From Sedimentisphaerales bacterium (GTDB taxonomy: Bacteria > Planctomycetota > Phycisphaerae > Sedimentisphaerales > SM23-30), in NCBI GenBank assembly GCA_963663805.2, contig CAXXMR010000004.1, forward strand, positions 1 through 37,662: DNA of 37,662 nucleotides. The letters are read 5' to 3'. The notes under the pieces were generated by a model that was not told the origin of the DNA, did not search any database, and worked only from the letters and a program-made list of their open reading frames with translations. Positions 1-9,117 of this stretch are shown one piece after another. Made by a program: the position numbers and the translations under genes. Position 1 is the first letter of the stretch. The number at the start of each line of letters is the position of its first letter.

Positions 1-65
1 TGGAGTATTATAGGAATTATATCGTCCAATATCCAAACAAAAATCAGAAAAATAGTTTTAGACTG

Positions 66-646
66 TCACTTTTTTAGAACCGAATTCAGACGGCCCAGAA
101 TGCTGGCTTCAAAGCGGAGTCCCTGCCCAGCAAAACCCACTCGCGAGCGTCCCTTTTTTGTGACGCTGACAGAGTGGGCATACGACCCGAAGAATCGACA
201 AACAAATCACGGGCCCGCACCGCGCCAGCCTCAAAAACTGACGGGGCAGAAAGCCGCTCCAGCGGGGCATTACAGGCAATTGTGCATATTCCGTCGTCGG
301 GACAAACCACTTTCAATTCAACTGTCCGCCGCATGGTATGCAAACTCGACTCCAGCACGTCCCTCATAGTGACAACGTCTTGACACCAGGGCTCAAACCA
401 CTGACTGCTTACCAGAGGCAGCGTGCGAATGACACCACCTCGGCGGTTCTCATAATCAATCTTAAAACCGCGACGTTCAAGCTCATAACGACAAGCATCA
501 TAAGCACGGTCAGACGAAGCAGAAACTTCAATGGGCTTACCATCAAACCGGGGACGGGAACACCCCCCCTGCCCAAAAAATACCGCCCCCAAAACCACAA
601 AACTAACGAACAGATTTTTTGCCGAACGAATTAAGCGATAGTTCAT
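66..646 (-). CDS. Hypothetical lipoprotein (planctomycete-type); probable indel near the 3' end
   Basis: ORF 86..646 has a signal peptide and lipobox-like GQGG-C. Adding one base near 110 gives the ending GRDSALEASILGRLNSVLKK* with the stop at about 66. It lies directly downstream of def. Confidence 0.6.
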
Positions 647-680
647 CTCGTCAATGTATCCTAAAAGTTATCTCAGAACC

Positions 681-1223
681 TTAGCTTTGGAATTCACGTT
701 CCAGCCGCTGCAAACCCCGCCGGGCCGCCATCCGACCTACCGTACCCAAACGGTCCACAAAAAGTTTCCCGTTCAGATGGTCCGTCTCATGCTGCACAAC
801 CGTGGCCGCCAGTTCATGAACCTCAGACCGAAATTCTTTACCATCCAGATCCTGACCGCTTACCACACACCCTTCAGCCCGCTTGACCTTACCCCGAATA
901 CCCGGAACCGAAAGACAACCTTCCTCCATCTCCGACCAGCCCTCCATATTACTCAGGACCGGATTAACCAGAACCTCTGCATCGTCAGCCTGACCAGTCA
1001 GAGAAATAACGATAAGACGAACCGGCAAACCCAACTGGGTAGCTGCCAGACCAATACCCTGATTCTCGACCATCATTTCTATCATCTTCTGAGCCAAAGA
1101 AGCCAGAGCCCCGTCAAAATGCACCACCTCCTCAGCCCGCTCACGTAAACGAGGGTCCGGATAGTGTATAATCTCCAGCTTAGCTATATCCAACGTACTT
1201 AAATCCAAAACCAACTCCTGCAT
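681..1223 (-). CDS. def: Peptide deformylase
   Basis: All three PDF motifs are present: GIGLAATQ, EGCLS and HETDHLNG. Confidence 0.97.
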   Translation of the reverse strand: MQELVLDLSTLDIAKLEIIHYPDPRLRERAEEVVHFDGALASLAQKMIEMMVENQGIGLAATQLGLPVRLIVISLTGQADDAEVLVNPVLSNMEGWSEMEEGCLSVPGIRGKVKRAEGCVVSGQDLDGKEFRSEVHELAATVVQHETDHLNGKLFVDRLGTVGRMAARRGLQRLEREFQS

Positions 1224-1241
1224 ATTTATGGTACTTTACAA

Positions 1242-2774
1242 TTATACGCATAGATTATATACGTTGGCTACAATAATTCCCAACTTTGAAGCTTTTTTTA
1301 TCGCTAAATTGTTAAAATCAAAACAAATTATTACCTTCGAGAGATTGCACTTTCTGCATAGTAACTGGATATTATTCTCAGAATTGGCTCCGCCTCTGGA
1401 AAACGGTATGATATGGTCATATTCCAGATAATCATTCGCCCCACACTTTACACATTGCCCATTGTCGCGTTGCCAAACAGTTGCTTTTACACAGTCAGAA
1501 ATATGCCTGCTCTTATAATCGTTAGCATTCTCCTCCAGACTGAACTTATGCTTTCTCGCCAGAGTCTCAAGAATAATCCCCAGCATTTCAGGATCGCTGG
1601 TCCGGTATTCACCTTGACCTTTGTTGGATTCACATTTTAATTCAATGCTTCTTTCTCTGGCACATATGTTAAGAATTTTGCCCGGCCTGAAATCAAAACT
1701 TCTTTCCGGAGAATGAAACAGAACCCTTTCGTTCGTAACCACTAATTCTCCATAATATTCACGTGCCGACCCACCCGGAGTCAGATAGCTATAAGAACAT
1801 TTTTCCTGGATATAACATAATTCTGCGGCTCGAAGCATTACCTCTTTCGGTTGAATGGTTGGTATGTCACCTTGCCTGATTTTTGAAAAACGTTCTAAGC
1901 GGATAATAGCTTGTCGATATTGCCCTATATCTTTTACTGATAATTTAAGCATGTTTTCCAATGTAGTGAGGTTCTGTTTTTCTTCAGCTGAGATAATGCC
2001 ATCCTGACATATCATTGATACCGTACGTCGATATAAATCCACCGCCTCTTTTTTGGAAATTTGACAGGCTTCTGCGGGGCTTAATCCTGTCGCTGCGGCA
2101 TAATCCTGCAATTCTCTGAATTCTTCTTCGGTTAGTATCCCATCACGAGCAAACCGCCTGAATAACGCCCTGTATCCATCGATAACTGTTGACTTGGCCC
2201 CCTCAAACGCTTCCTTATCAGTTAATTCCAGAGCAATCCTCAAATCCTGAAGCTCCTGACTTTCTTTGGGGGTAATAACCCCGTCTGCCATTCGTCGGTC
2301 AAGCTGCTCCTTATATTTTTCTTGTTTGGCATTTTTTTCTATATTTTGAGCCGTACGTAAATTTACACCTAATTTTTCTGCTAGCACATCCAAGGCCTTA
2401 CGTTCTTTTTCGGTTATCTGAAAATCGACGAGGGCCTTTTCAATACATTTTGCATATACTGCTTCACATGCGTTATCGAGGTCTTTCTCCGAAAAATCGT
2501 ATATGTCGCAAATTTGTTCCAGATTAAAAACATTTAAGCCATCTTGTTTGAGATGTCCCCAAATAACAGATGCGATTTCGTCTTTGGCCTCACTACGACA
2601 TTTTTTATATGAGGTGAAAAGTAAATATAATAATCCGACACTGATACCAAACAATATTATCCCTGCGAAAAATTTCAAGTTGATAAATACTACTACGGAA
2701 ATCGCAAAAAACGCCAGAGAAATACCTAGAAATGAATATAATATCCCCGGCTCATTAATAATTTTCTTGTGCAT
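1242..2774 (-). CDS. Membrane-anchored HNH endonuclease with four TerB-like helical repeats and a PH-like domain
   Basis: Likely start is ATG 2774 (GGAG upstream). Two N-terminal hydrophobic helices, then 4x47-aa repeats (DGxIxxEExxxL), a beta-rich segment GELVVTNERVLF, and a C-terminal HNH (RDNGQCVKCG..EYDHIIPFSRGG...NNIQLLCRKCNLSK). A 1-nt indel near 1335 would give the typical ending SKGNNLF* at about 1317. Confidence 0.8.
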   Translation of the reverse strand: MHKKIINEPGILYSFLGISLAFFAISVVVFINLKFFAGIILFGISVGLLYLLFTSYKKCRSEAKDEIASVIWGHLKQDGLNVFNLEQICDIYDFSEKDLDNACEAVYAKCIEKALVDFQITEKERKALDVLAEKLGVNLRTAQNIEKNAKQEKYKEQLDRRMADGVITPKESQELQDLRIALELTDKEAFEGAKSTVIDGYRALFRRFARDGILTEEEFRELQDYAAATGLSPAEACQISKKEAVDLYRRTVSMICQDGIISAEEKQNLTTLENMLKLSVKDIGQYRQAIIRLERFSKIRQGDIPTIQPKEVMLRAAELCYIQEKCSYSYLTPGGSAREYYGELVVTNERVLFHSPERSFDFRPGKILNICARERSIELKCESNKGQGEYRTSDPEMLGIILETLARKHKFSLEENANDYKSRHISDCVKATVWQRDNGQCVKCGANDYLEYDHIIPFSRGGANSENNIQLLCRKCNLSKVIICFDFNNLAIKKASKLGIIVANVYNLCV

Positions 2775-2950
2775 TACCGACTGCTCCCAAAAGTATATGC
2801 TCGAACAAACGTGCAATTGATATAGATAACAACAACCAAAAGCTAACAGAGATTTTCGCCCCATTAATTACTGCCTGCTAGCGTAGGTATCATACACATC
2901 CACTCCCCAAATCACCACTTAAAAAACCTCCCAATCTCCGCAAAAAAAGG

Positions 2951-3094
2951 GGAAAGAGAACGGTGTCCGGTACAATAGTGTTCGGTGCATTTTTTTGTCC
3001 CGCCCCTTAGTTAGGCCCATCAGAGCTGCGTACGTAAGTAAGCGGTTGCCGTTAGGAAAAAAAACGGTGTCCGGGGAAAAAAAACGGTGTCCGG
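2951..3094 (+). repeat. Three copies of a 20-bp motif GGAAA(A/G)A(A/G)AACGGTGTCCGG
   Basis: Exact tandem copies at 3055-3074 and 3075-3094, plus a variant at 2951-2970. Two copies are followed by TACA. Confidence 0.85.
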
Positions 3095-3129
3095 TACATT
3101 TTCCCCACTCGACCGAAGGTCGAAACCTA

Positions 3130-3195
3130 GCCGTTCACTTCTGCCTCATGCCTAATGCCTCTTGCCTTCTTAAATGCCTCATCCCTCCTGCCTTT
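3130..3195 (+). repeat. GCCGTTCACT-headed heptamer (TGCCTNN) short tandem repeat, copy 1
   Basis: TGCCTCA TGCCTAA TGCCTCT TGCCTTC at 3142-3169, with three more units at 3175-3195. Confidence 0.8.
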
Positions 3196-3668
3196 CTAAA
3201 TCTCAAAATCACCAAAAAAAACACTCAAAAACCACCCCAAAAAACAAAAAAATCATCAAAAATCGGTCACTTCAGCCCAAACCGCGCCGAAAACCCCACC
3301 GCAAACACGACTTTACCACCGCAATAACGCCCCAAACAGGCATATTCACACCCAAAATCCCCCGCCCCCTGCCCCCAAACACTCTTTTTACCCCCCCCAA
3401 AATCCCCAATCTCGCTGATTTCGCCCCCTGCAAATTGCGCATTAAGGAGAACCCCCCACCCGAAAAACCCGTTTTAAGCCCCAATCGCGCCTACGAAGTC
3501 ACCCTCGCGCTCACAAAAATAAGGACTTACAACAATTCCACCCACGCAAAATAAGAACTTATGAATCCCTTACATACCAACCACCCAAGCGACCAGCCAG
3601 ATTGCCCCCTGCGACAAACGTGCGCGGCGAATCCATCCGTGCTATATGCACCGGCTTATTCTTTTCTG

Positions 3669-3696
3669 TTGACTTTACCATACTTTATGATATCTT
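3669..3696 (+). promoter_or_regulatory. Putative sigma70 promoter upstream of the TPR gene
   Basis: TTGACT-N16-TATCTT with an extended -10 TG. Confidence 0.45.
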
Positions 3697-3860
3697 ATGG
3701 TGTTTAGGCTTGACCTGCGGCCTGTTTGGCGGGGTTTGTGGCGACAAAGAGCGGCTTAAAGCAGGGTTTCCTCGCTGAACAGCGAATTTTACCTGAACCG
3801 CCGGTGATTGAATGCGTATATAATTTTAGAAATACACAAGAGTTACAGTTTTGAATCAAT

Positions 3861-5316
3861 ATGGCCCCAGAAGAGAATAACAATCCAAATCCCGCCGGTA
3901 AAATGGAACAGTTCCCCGAAGAACTAAAAGCCAAAGCCCGCGAATTCTTCAAAAGAGGCGAAGAGGTCGCCTACGCCCAGAATTTCGATTACGCAATAGA
4001 ACTGTATCTTGACGGCCTGTCATTCTGGCCCGAAGCGGTCGAAGAAGGTCATAACCCACTACGAAATATATCCTTACGCAGAAATGCCAGCGGCGGAAAA
4101 TCCTCCGGCCTTGCCGACGGCAGCAAATATAAAAAATCCTCCGGCAAACACCCCAAAGACGCCCTGCTCAAGGCTGAGTATCTCCTGAGCAAGGACCCCG
4201 GCAATGTCTCACATATGCAAGGAGTCATAAAAGGCGCCGCTGACTCAGGTTACAAAGAAACAACTCTCTGGATGGGAGCGATACTCTTCGACGCTATCAG
4301 ACAGAAAGATAAACCAAGTTTCAAAACCATCGTATTCCTCTGCGATGCCCACAGCCAGGTCGAAGCCTACTCCAAAGCCCTCCAAATTTGTCAATACGCC
4401 CTGACAATCAAGCCCAACGATACAGCCATGCAGGACAGAATGAGGGATTTATCCGCTCAGGCAACCCTGGAAAGAGGTAACTACGACGGCGACAGTGACT
4501 TCCGTGACAGCATCAAAGACCGGGATGAACAAGATCGCCTGCACGCTTCGGATAATCTGGTAAAAACTGAAGACGCCCTGGCTGATTCAATGGCGCGGGC
4601 CCAGGCGGAATACGAAGAAAACCCCACTATTCCCGGCAAAGTATTACAATTATGTTACCGCTCTGGTGAATACGGAAAAGAAAGAACAACGAGGATTTAG
4701 CCATTGCCATCCTGGAAAAAGCCTATGACCAGACCCATGAATTCCGGTTCAGGCAGCGGGCCGGCGAAATACGCATCAAGCAGGCCAACCGGGTAATTCG
4801 TCAAATCCGGGCGGCTTTCGAGAGCAAACCCAGCGAAGAATTACAGAAAAAAATTCGTTCTGGCCCGCCAGTATCACTTGAAACTGGAGCTGGAGCATTA
4901 TAAAAGCTTCGGTCGATAACTACCCTACTGACCAGGGTTTAAAGTATGAATACGCTCAGCGACTGCTCAAGGCCAAGCTCTACGATGACGCGATTCCGTT
5001 CTTCCAGGAAGCCCGCAACGACCCCAGACACCGGATTGCGGCCCTGAACGGTATCGGGCCAATGTTTCTAACCCGCAAAGAGTGGTACGCCGACGCCGCG
5101 GAAACTTTTTTGCAGGCTCTGGAATTAGTTGACAATAAAGAGGGTGTACTGGGCAAAGAATTACGCTATAATCTGGGTTGCGCTTATGAAGCCGACGGCG
5201 ATTTGGAAGAGGCCCTGAGCTGCTTCCGCAAGGTTGCCCAGATTGACTTTAACTATAAAGACGTGAAGAAACGCGTTGATGCTATGCGAAAACGTCAGCG
5301 CAGCAACGATAAATAG
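3861..5316 (+). CDS. Tetratricopeptide repeat protein (single gene broken by several indels)
   Basis: ORF 3861..4700 continues across frames (EDLAIAILEKAY..FRFRQRAGEIRIKQ; YPTDQGLKYEYAQRL..YDDAIPFFQEAR) into 5062..5316 (LRYNLGCAYEADGDLEEALSCFRKVAQIDFNYKDV). TPR-type helices run throughout. Confidence 0.8.
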
Positions 5317-5370
5317 TATTAACCGGCTGGCCGGTGATTGGCAGCATAACTCATTTACAAGGAGATACTT

Positions 5371-5652
5371 GTGGCACATTCGCTTTCCGCGAAAAAAAGA
5401 GTGCGGCAAAACGCCAAACGGCGTCTGCGTAACCGGGCCCGTATCGGCGCGGTGCGTACCCAGATCAAGAAATACAACGAACTTCTGCGTCAGGGCGACG
5501 ATGTTGCCGCTGTTGAAAAAGAGCTTCAACTGACCGTGAAGAAGATTGATAAACTGGCCGCCAAGGGCAATATTCACAAGAATACCGCCGCTCGCAAAAA
5601 ATCCCAGTTGGCCCGCAAGCTCAACGAGCTCAAAACCAAACAAGCTGGTTAA
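5371..5652 (+). CDS. rpsT: 30S ribosomal protein S20
   Basis: MAHSLSAKKRVRQ...IHKNTAARKKSQL is the S20 signature; AGGAG RBS precedes the GTG start. Confidence 0.97.
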   Translation: MAHSLSAKKRVRQNAKRRLRNRARIGAVRTQIKKYNELLRQGDDVAAVEKELQLTVKKIDKLAAKGNIHKNTAARKKSQLARKLNELKTKQAG

Positions 5653-5681
5653 TCCAGGTCGTTTCTTAGAAGGTTATAACT

Positions 5682-5718
5682 CACCCGTGTTGTAGTGGAT
5701 GCTGCGACGCGGGTGTTT
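5682..5718 (+). terminator. Putative intrinsic terminator after rpsT
   Basis: 15-bp stem with G-U pairs, CACCCGTGTTGTAGT-ggat-GCTGCGACGCGGGTG, followed by TTT. Confidence 0.6.
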
Positions 5719-5810
5719 GTGCGCGCCTGCTAAAGACCTTTATCAAAGTAGCACACACAACAAGATTGTAAGGTGGAAAAAAACTTCCGTTGCGGTTATA
5801 TTATCGCATC

Positions 5811-6597
5811 ATGAGCCAAACCGCAACCGACAACGCCTGGGACAGCCAGACTCTGGCTAATCCGCACACCTTAGCGGACAAGAATCACCGGGTAGAACAG
5901 ATGTTCAGCGACATCGCGGCGGGTTATGACCGGGCAAATCACTGGCTGAGCTTTAATCTGGACCACGGCTGGCGGCGTAAGGCGGCGGAGCTGGCAGGCC
6001 CAAACCCCGGTGAATCTCTGTTGGATATATGTTGCGGCACAGGTGACTTAGCGTTGGCGATATGGGAGCGGCAAAAATCTCTGGAGCAGGTGGTCGGAGT
6101 TGATTTTTGTGAGGCTATGCTGGCAGAAGCGAGCCGAAAAACTGCTCAGGAGCGTTATAAAGAATTGAATGTTCAGTGGTTAAAGGCCGACGCGCAGCGG
6201 ATTCCCCTGCCGGGAGCGAGCTTCGACATCGTTAGCTGTGCCTTTGGCATACGCAATCTCCAGGACCCCAAGGCTGGTCTGGCGGAGGCTTTTCGGCTGC
6301 TGAAGCCCGGAGGCAGAATTGTGATACTGGAGTTTTCTCGGCCTGAGGGCATAATTTTCGGACAACTTATATAAAGGTTATTTTCATTATGTTCTGCCTA
6401 TTTTGGGCAGGCTGATAGCTGGCGGCGGCAAGGCTTATCATTATCTACCCCGTTCGGTGGCAAGTTTCCGGACGCGGGAGACGATAGCTCAAGGGCTTGG
6501 TGACAGCGGCTTTACTAACATAAGTATCCATAGATTGTCCCTGTCGGCAGTGTCGGCATTTGGGGCGGAGAACGGAAACGGCGTCGGTTTTGGCTGA
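5811..6597 (+). CDS. menG: UbiE/MenG-family quinone biosynthesis C-methyltransferase (indel at about 6366)
   Basis: VEQMFSDIAAGYDRAN, LDICCGTGD, FGIRN and LKPGG..ILEFS motifs; continues in the next frame as YKGYFHYVLPILGRLI..AYHYLPRSV. Confidence 0.88.
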
Positions 6598-6604
6598 AGA
6601 TTTC

Positions 6605-6643
6605 AAGGTATGAGGCATAAGGCAGAAGGCAAGAGTGAACGGC
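6605..6643 (-). repeat. GCCGTTCACT-headed heptamer repeat, copy 2 (inverted relative to 3130)
   Basis: Reverse complement reads GCCGTTCACTCT TGCCTTC TGCCTTA TGCCTCA TACCTT. Confidence 0.75.
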
Positions 6644-6671
6644 GATAAAGGATTTTATATAGAATTTAATC

Positions 6672-8568
6672 ATGTTGAATAACTATAAACAAGAAACTGA
6701 ACACTGGCTTACTGACGGCCCGACCATTGCCTGGCCGGCGCGGGGACGGACGATATACTGGTGTATAAATATAATTTTATTCGCTCTGCTGTGCATGTTC
6801 AGCCTGCGGATTCAAAATGGGGACATATATCTCGCTGAAAGGCCCTTATGCCGCCCCGCTGCTAACGGACCAATTATTAGAGCCGTTGAACGTTTTTAAC
6901 TTTCCGAGCCAATTGCTGGTAGCAAGTCTGATAATGACCCTGATGACGGCAGTACCGATTCTGATTGCTCAACTTTTCAATTTCACACACAGTGTACCGT
7001 TTCTGCTGGCGGTTTTTTTTCTGGCTCATAATCAGGTTTTGAGTTTATGCCTGCTGGCAAGCTGCGCGGCAGTAAGTTTTGAGCCGATGCGTTTCAAGTC
7101 TCGGTTCGTCGCGGCAGTCTGTTGTCTGCTGCCGGTGATTCTATATTGGTTTTTCTTTCGAGGTGACAACCCGGAAAGCAATGTGCTGCGTTGGGCGGTA
7201 CTTTACAGTCCGTGGGCGGCAGCGTTTTCTGGGTTGCGTGCTGGTATTCGCTTTTGTAATGCTGGTGGGACATTTTCTGCGTTATCGGGCGGGGGTAATC
7301 ATGCCGATTTTCGCGTTGCTCATCGCTTTTTACGGTGATGGTTTTTCGCGTAACGGTCGGCATGGAGGAGCGGGATTTTCAGGCCCAGGTTTATCAGTAC
7401 AGCCCATCCCAGATTAGCGAGTTTCAGGACCGCAGTATTGTGCCGATGATTGAACGCGAGAGCCAGGACAGACTCAAACAACAGCCTTACCGTGACGAGG
7501 CAAGCGTAAAAAATCAACTTCGTATGGAATGGTGCTGGGCTTTTCGAGGCGGCTCGGCTCTGCCGGCGATTTCGGGCAGTCTGCCGGTCTTTGACACCAA
7601 TCCCATCAGTATGCCGCAGCGTACGGTAACGGCTTTTTACCAGGCGAAATTTGAAGCTATCGACCAAATCAGCAATTTCATAAGTAAACATCAGAACGAC
7701 CGCAGGGAGCCGGACGCATTATACTATCAGGCTTTGCTGATTGACCTGAACGCGGACCAGTTTGCTATTCGGGATGACAATTTATTGAGCTTCAAGCATG
7801 ATTATCCCTCGTCTCATTCGCGTAAGAACTGGCAGGAAATCGTAGACAGGTTCAGCGCTAACGCGGTAAGCATCGAAGCCCGGCGGCGTCTGGCAGTCCT
7901 GACGGCGGCGCGTAAGCCGATTAACCAAACAGATTCTTTTGGTTTTGCCGAAGCTCAGGTACTGCTGGAGCAGGCGGCGGCTTTGGGCGACGAGATATTA
8001 CAGCAGCGTCAGCAGGCAAGCAGCGAAACTTATGTGCCAGCCCACTGGATGGAATCGGTATTTAGTCCGCCGCCCGCCCACGGTGAGCAATAAACAAATC
8101 GAACGATTGAAGCTGCGTATCGAAAATCTCGGTCGGCTTATCGGCAATGAAAATCGCACGGGACATTTCAAGCACAATCAGCGTCTGGCGGAATTTGCGG
8201 GTCTGAACCCTTACCAGCTCACATACGAAGGGCATCTGAACAGACTAATAAGCGAATCTGAGGAGCCCGACCCGCTGCTGGACAATCTGGAGCTGGCTTT
8301 GATAAAGCTCATCAGGAATCTGGATGACAAGATTGCCCGGCTGAACAATTTTCTGGAAAAATACGATGAGAGCGATTCAGCGCCGACGGCTCGAATGGAA
8401 CTGGCGTTGGCAATGCTGGACCAGCGTAACAACAGTCAGTATCAGGCGGACCGTCAGCTTTTGCTGAACCGGGCCCGACAAGAGCTACAGAAGATTATTG
8501 AGGTTCAGGGCCAAAGTATGCTGGCCCAAAACGCGCGTGAACTTCTTAAAGCGAATCCGCCGAAATAG
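6672..8568 (+). CDS. Hypothetical multi-pass membrane protein with C-terminal TPR-like helical domain (split by indels)
   Basis: Overlapping ORF pieces 6672-6899, 6817-7338, 7163-7417, 7335-8093 and 7939-8568 join into one reading. Several TM helices are followed by TPR-like segments (EPDALYYQA, SAPTARMELA). Confidence 0.65.
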
Positions 8569-8640
8569 ATTTCAGAAATCATTTCTCAGCGGTCGGGCCA
8601 CAGGCAAACAGGAATATTTAACCGCAGAGGTTTTATAATT

Positions 8641-9117
8641 ATGGTACATGACAGAGGATTTACTCTGGTGGAGACTTTGTTGGGGGTGGTGATTCTGGCC
8701 CTAGGCGCAGCTGTGGTAGTGGGTGTTTCTCAGCGTTGTCTGCGTCATACTGTTCGTGGCATGGAATATGAACAGGGGTGGTATTTGCTGGATGAGGTTA
8801 TGGATAAGTCGGCCTTTTCGTCGCCGGCCCAGGCGGTGGGTAAGGTTCAGGTTGGTGATTTTGGGAGTCGCTACCCTGACTATCGCTATGAAATCAAGGT
8901 TGCTTCGGCAGGCCAGGAACGTTTATACAAGGTAACCGGGGTGGTTAAATGGGATGTTCAGTCTCAATTGTATGAGGTGCAGGCTGAGACTCTCGTTTAT
9001 GATGATCGGGCGGTTGAGGTTCGTGATGCAGTGGTTCCGGGGGGGGATGCAGTGGTTCCCACAGCGGCGTCTTCAATCAGGAAAGAAGGGTCAGGTAATG
9101 AATCTGGACAAAAGTAA
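8641..9117 (+). CDS. Type II secretion minor pseudopilin, GspI-like
   Basis: Prepilin N-methylation motif RG|FTLVE followed by a hydrophobic helix; GDFGSRYPDYRYEI..LYKVTGVVKW pattern. Confidence 0.8.
   Translation: MVHDRGFTLVETLLGVVILALGAAVVVGVSQRCLRHTVRGMEYEQGWYLLDEVMDKSAFSSPAQAVGKVQVGDFGSRYPDYRYEIKVASAGQERLYKVTGVVKWDVQSQLYEVQAETLVYDDRAVEVRDAVVPGGDAVVPTAASSIRKEGSGNESGQK

Noticed and set aside
2951..3100. Possible mini-CRISPR array
   Set aside because: Repeats are only 20 bp, two are directly adjacent with no spacer, spacing is irregular, and no cas genes are present.
2995..3554. ORFs of 110 and 126 aa in the intergenic tract
   Set aside because: Lys/Pro-rich translations of low-complexity repeats, with no RBS or domain signal.
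4640..8100. Programmed ribosomal frameshifting or an alternative genetic code
   Set aside because: Breaks go in both directions with no shared slippery motif, and there are no in-frame stops at conserved positions. TGA, TAA and TAG all end normal genes.
8954..9097. N-terminal extension of the DHH ORF
   Set aside because: It overlaps the GspI-like gene. ATG 9098 has a purine-rich upstream sequence and matches the expected domain start.
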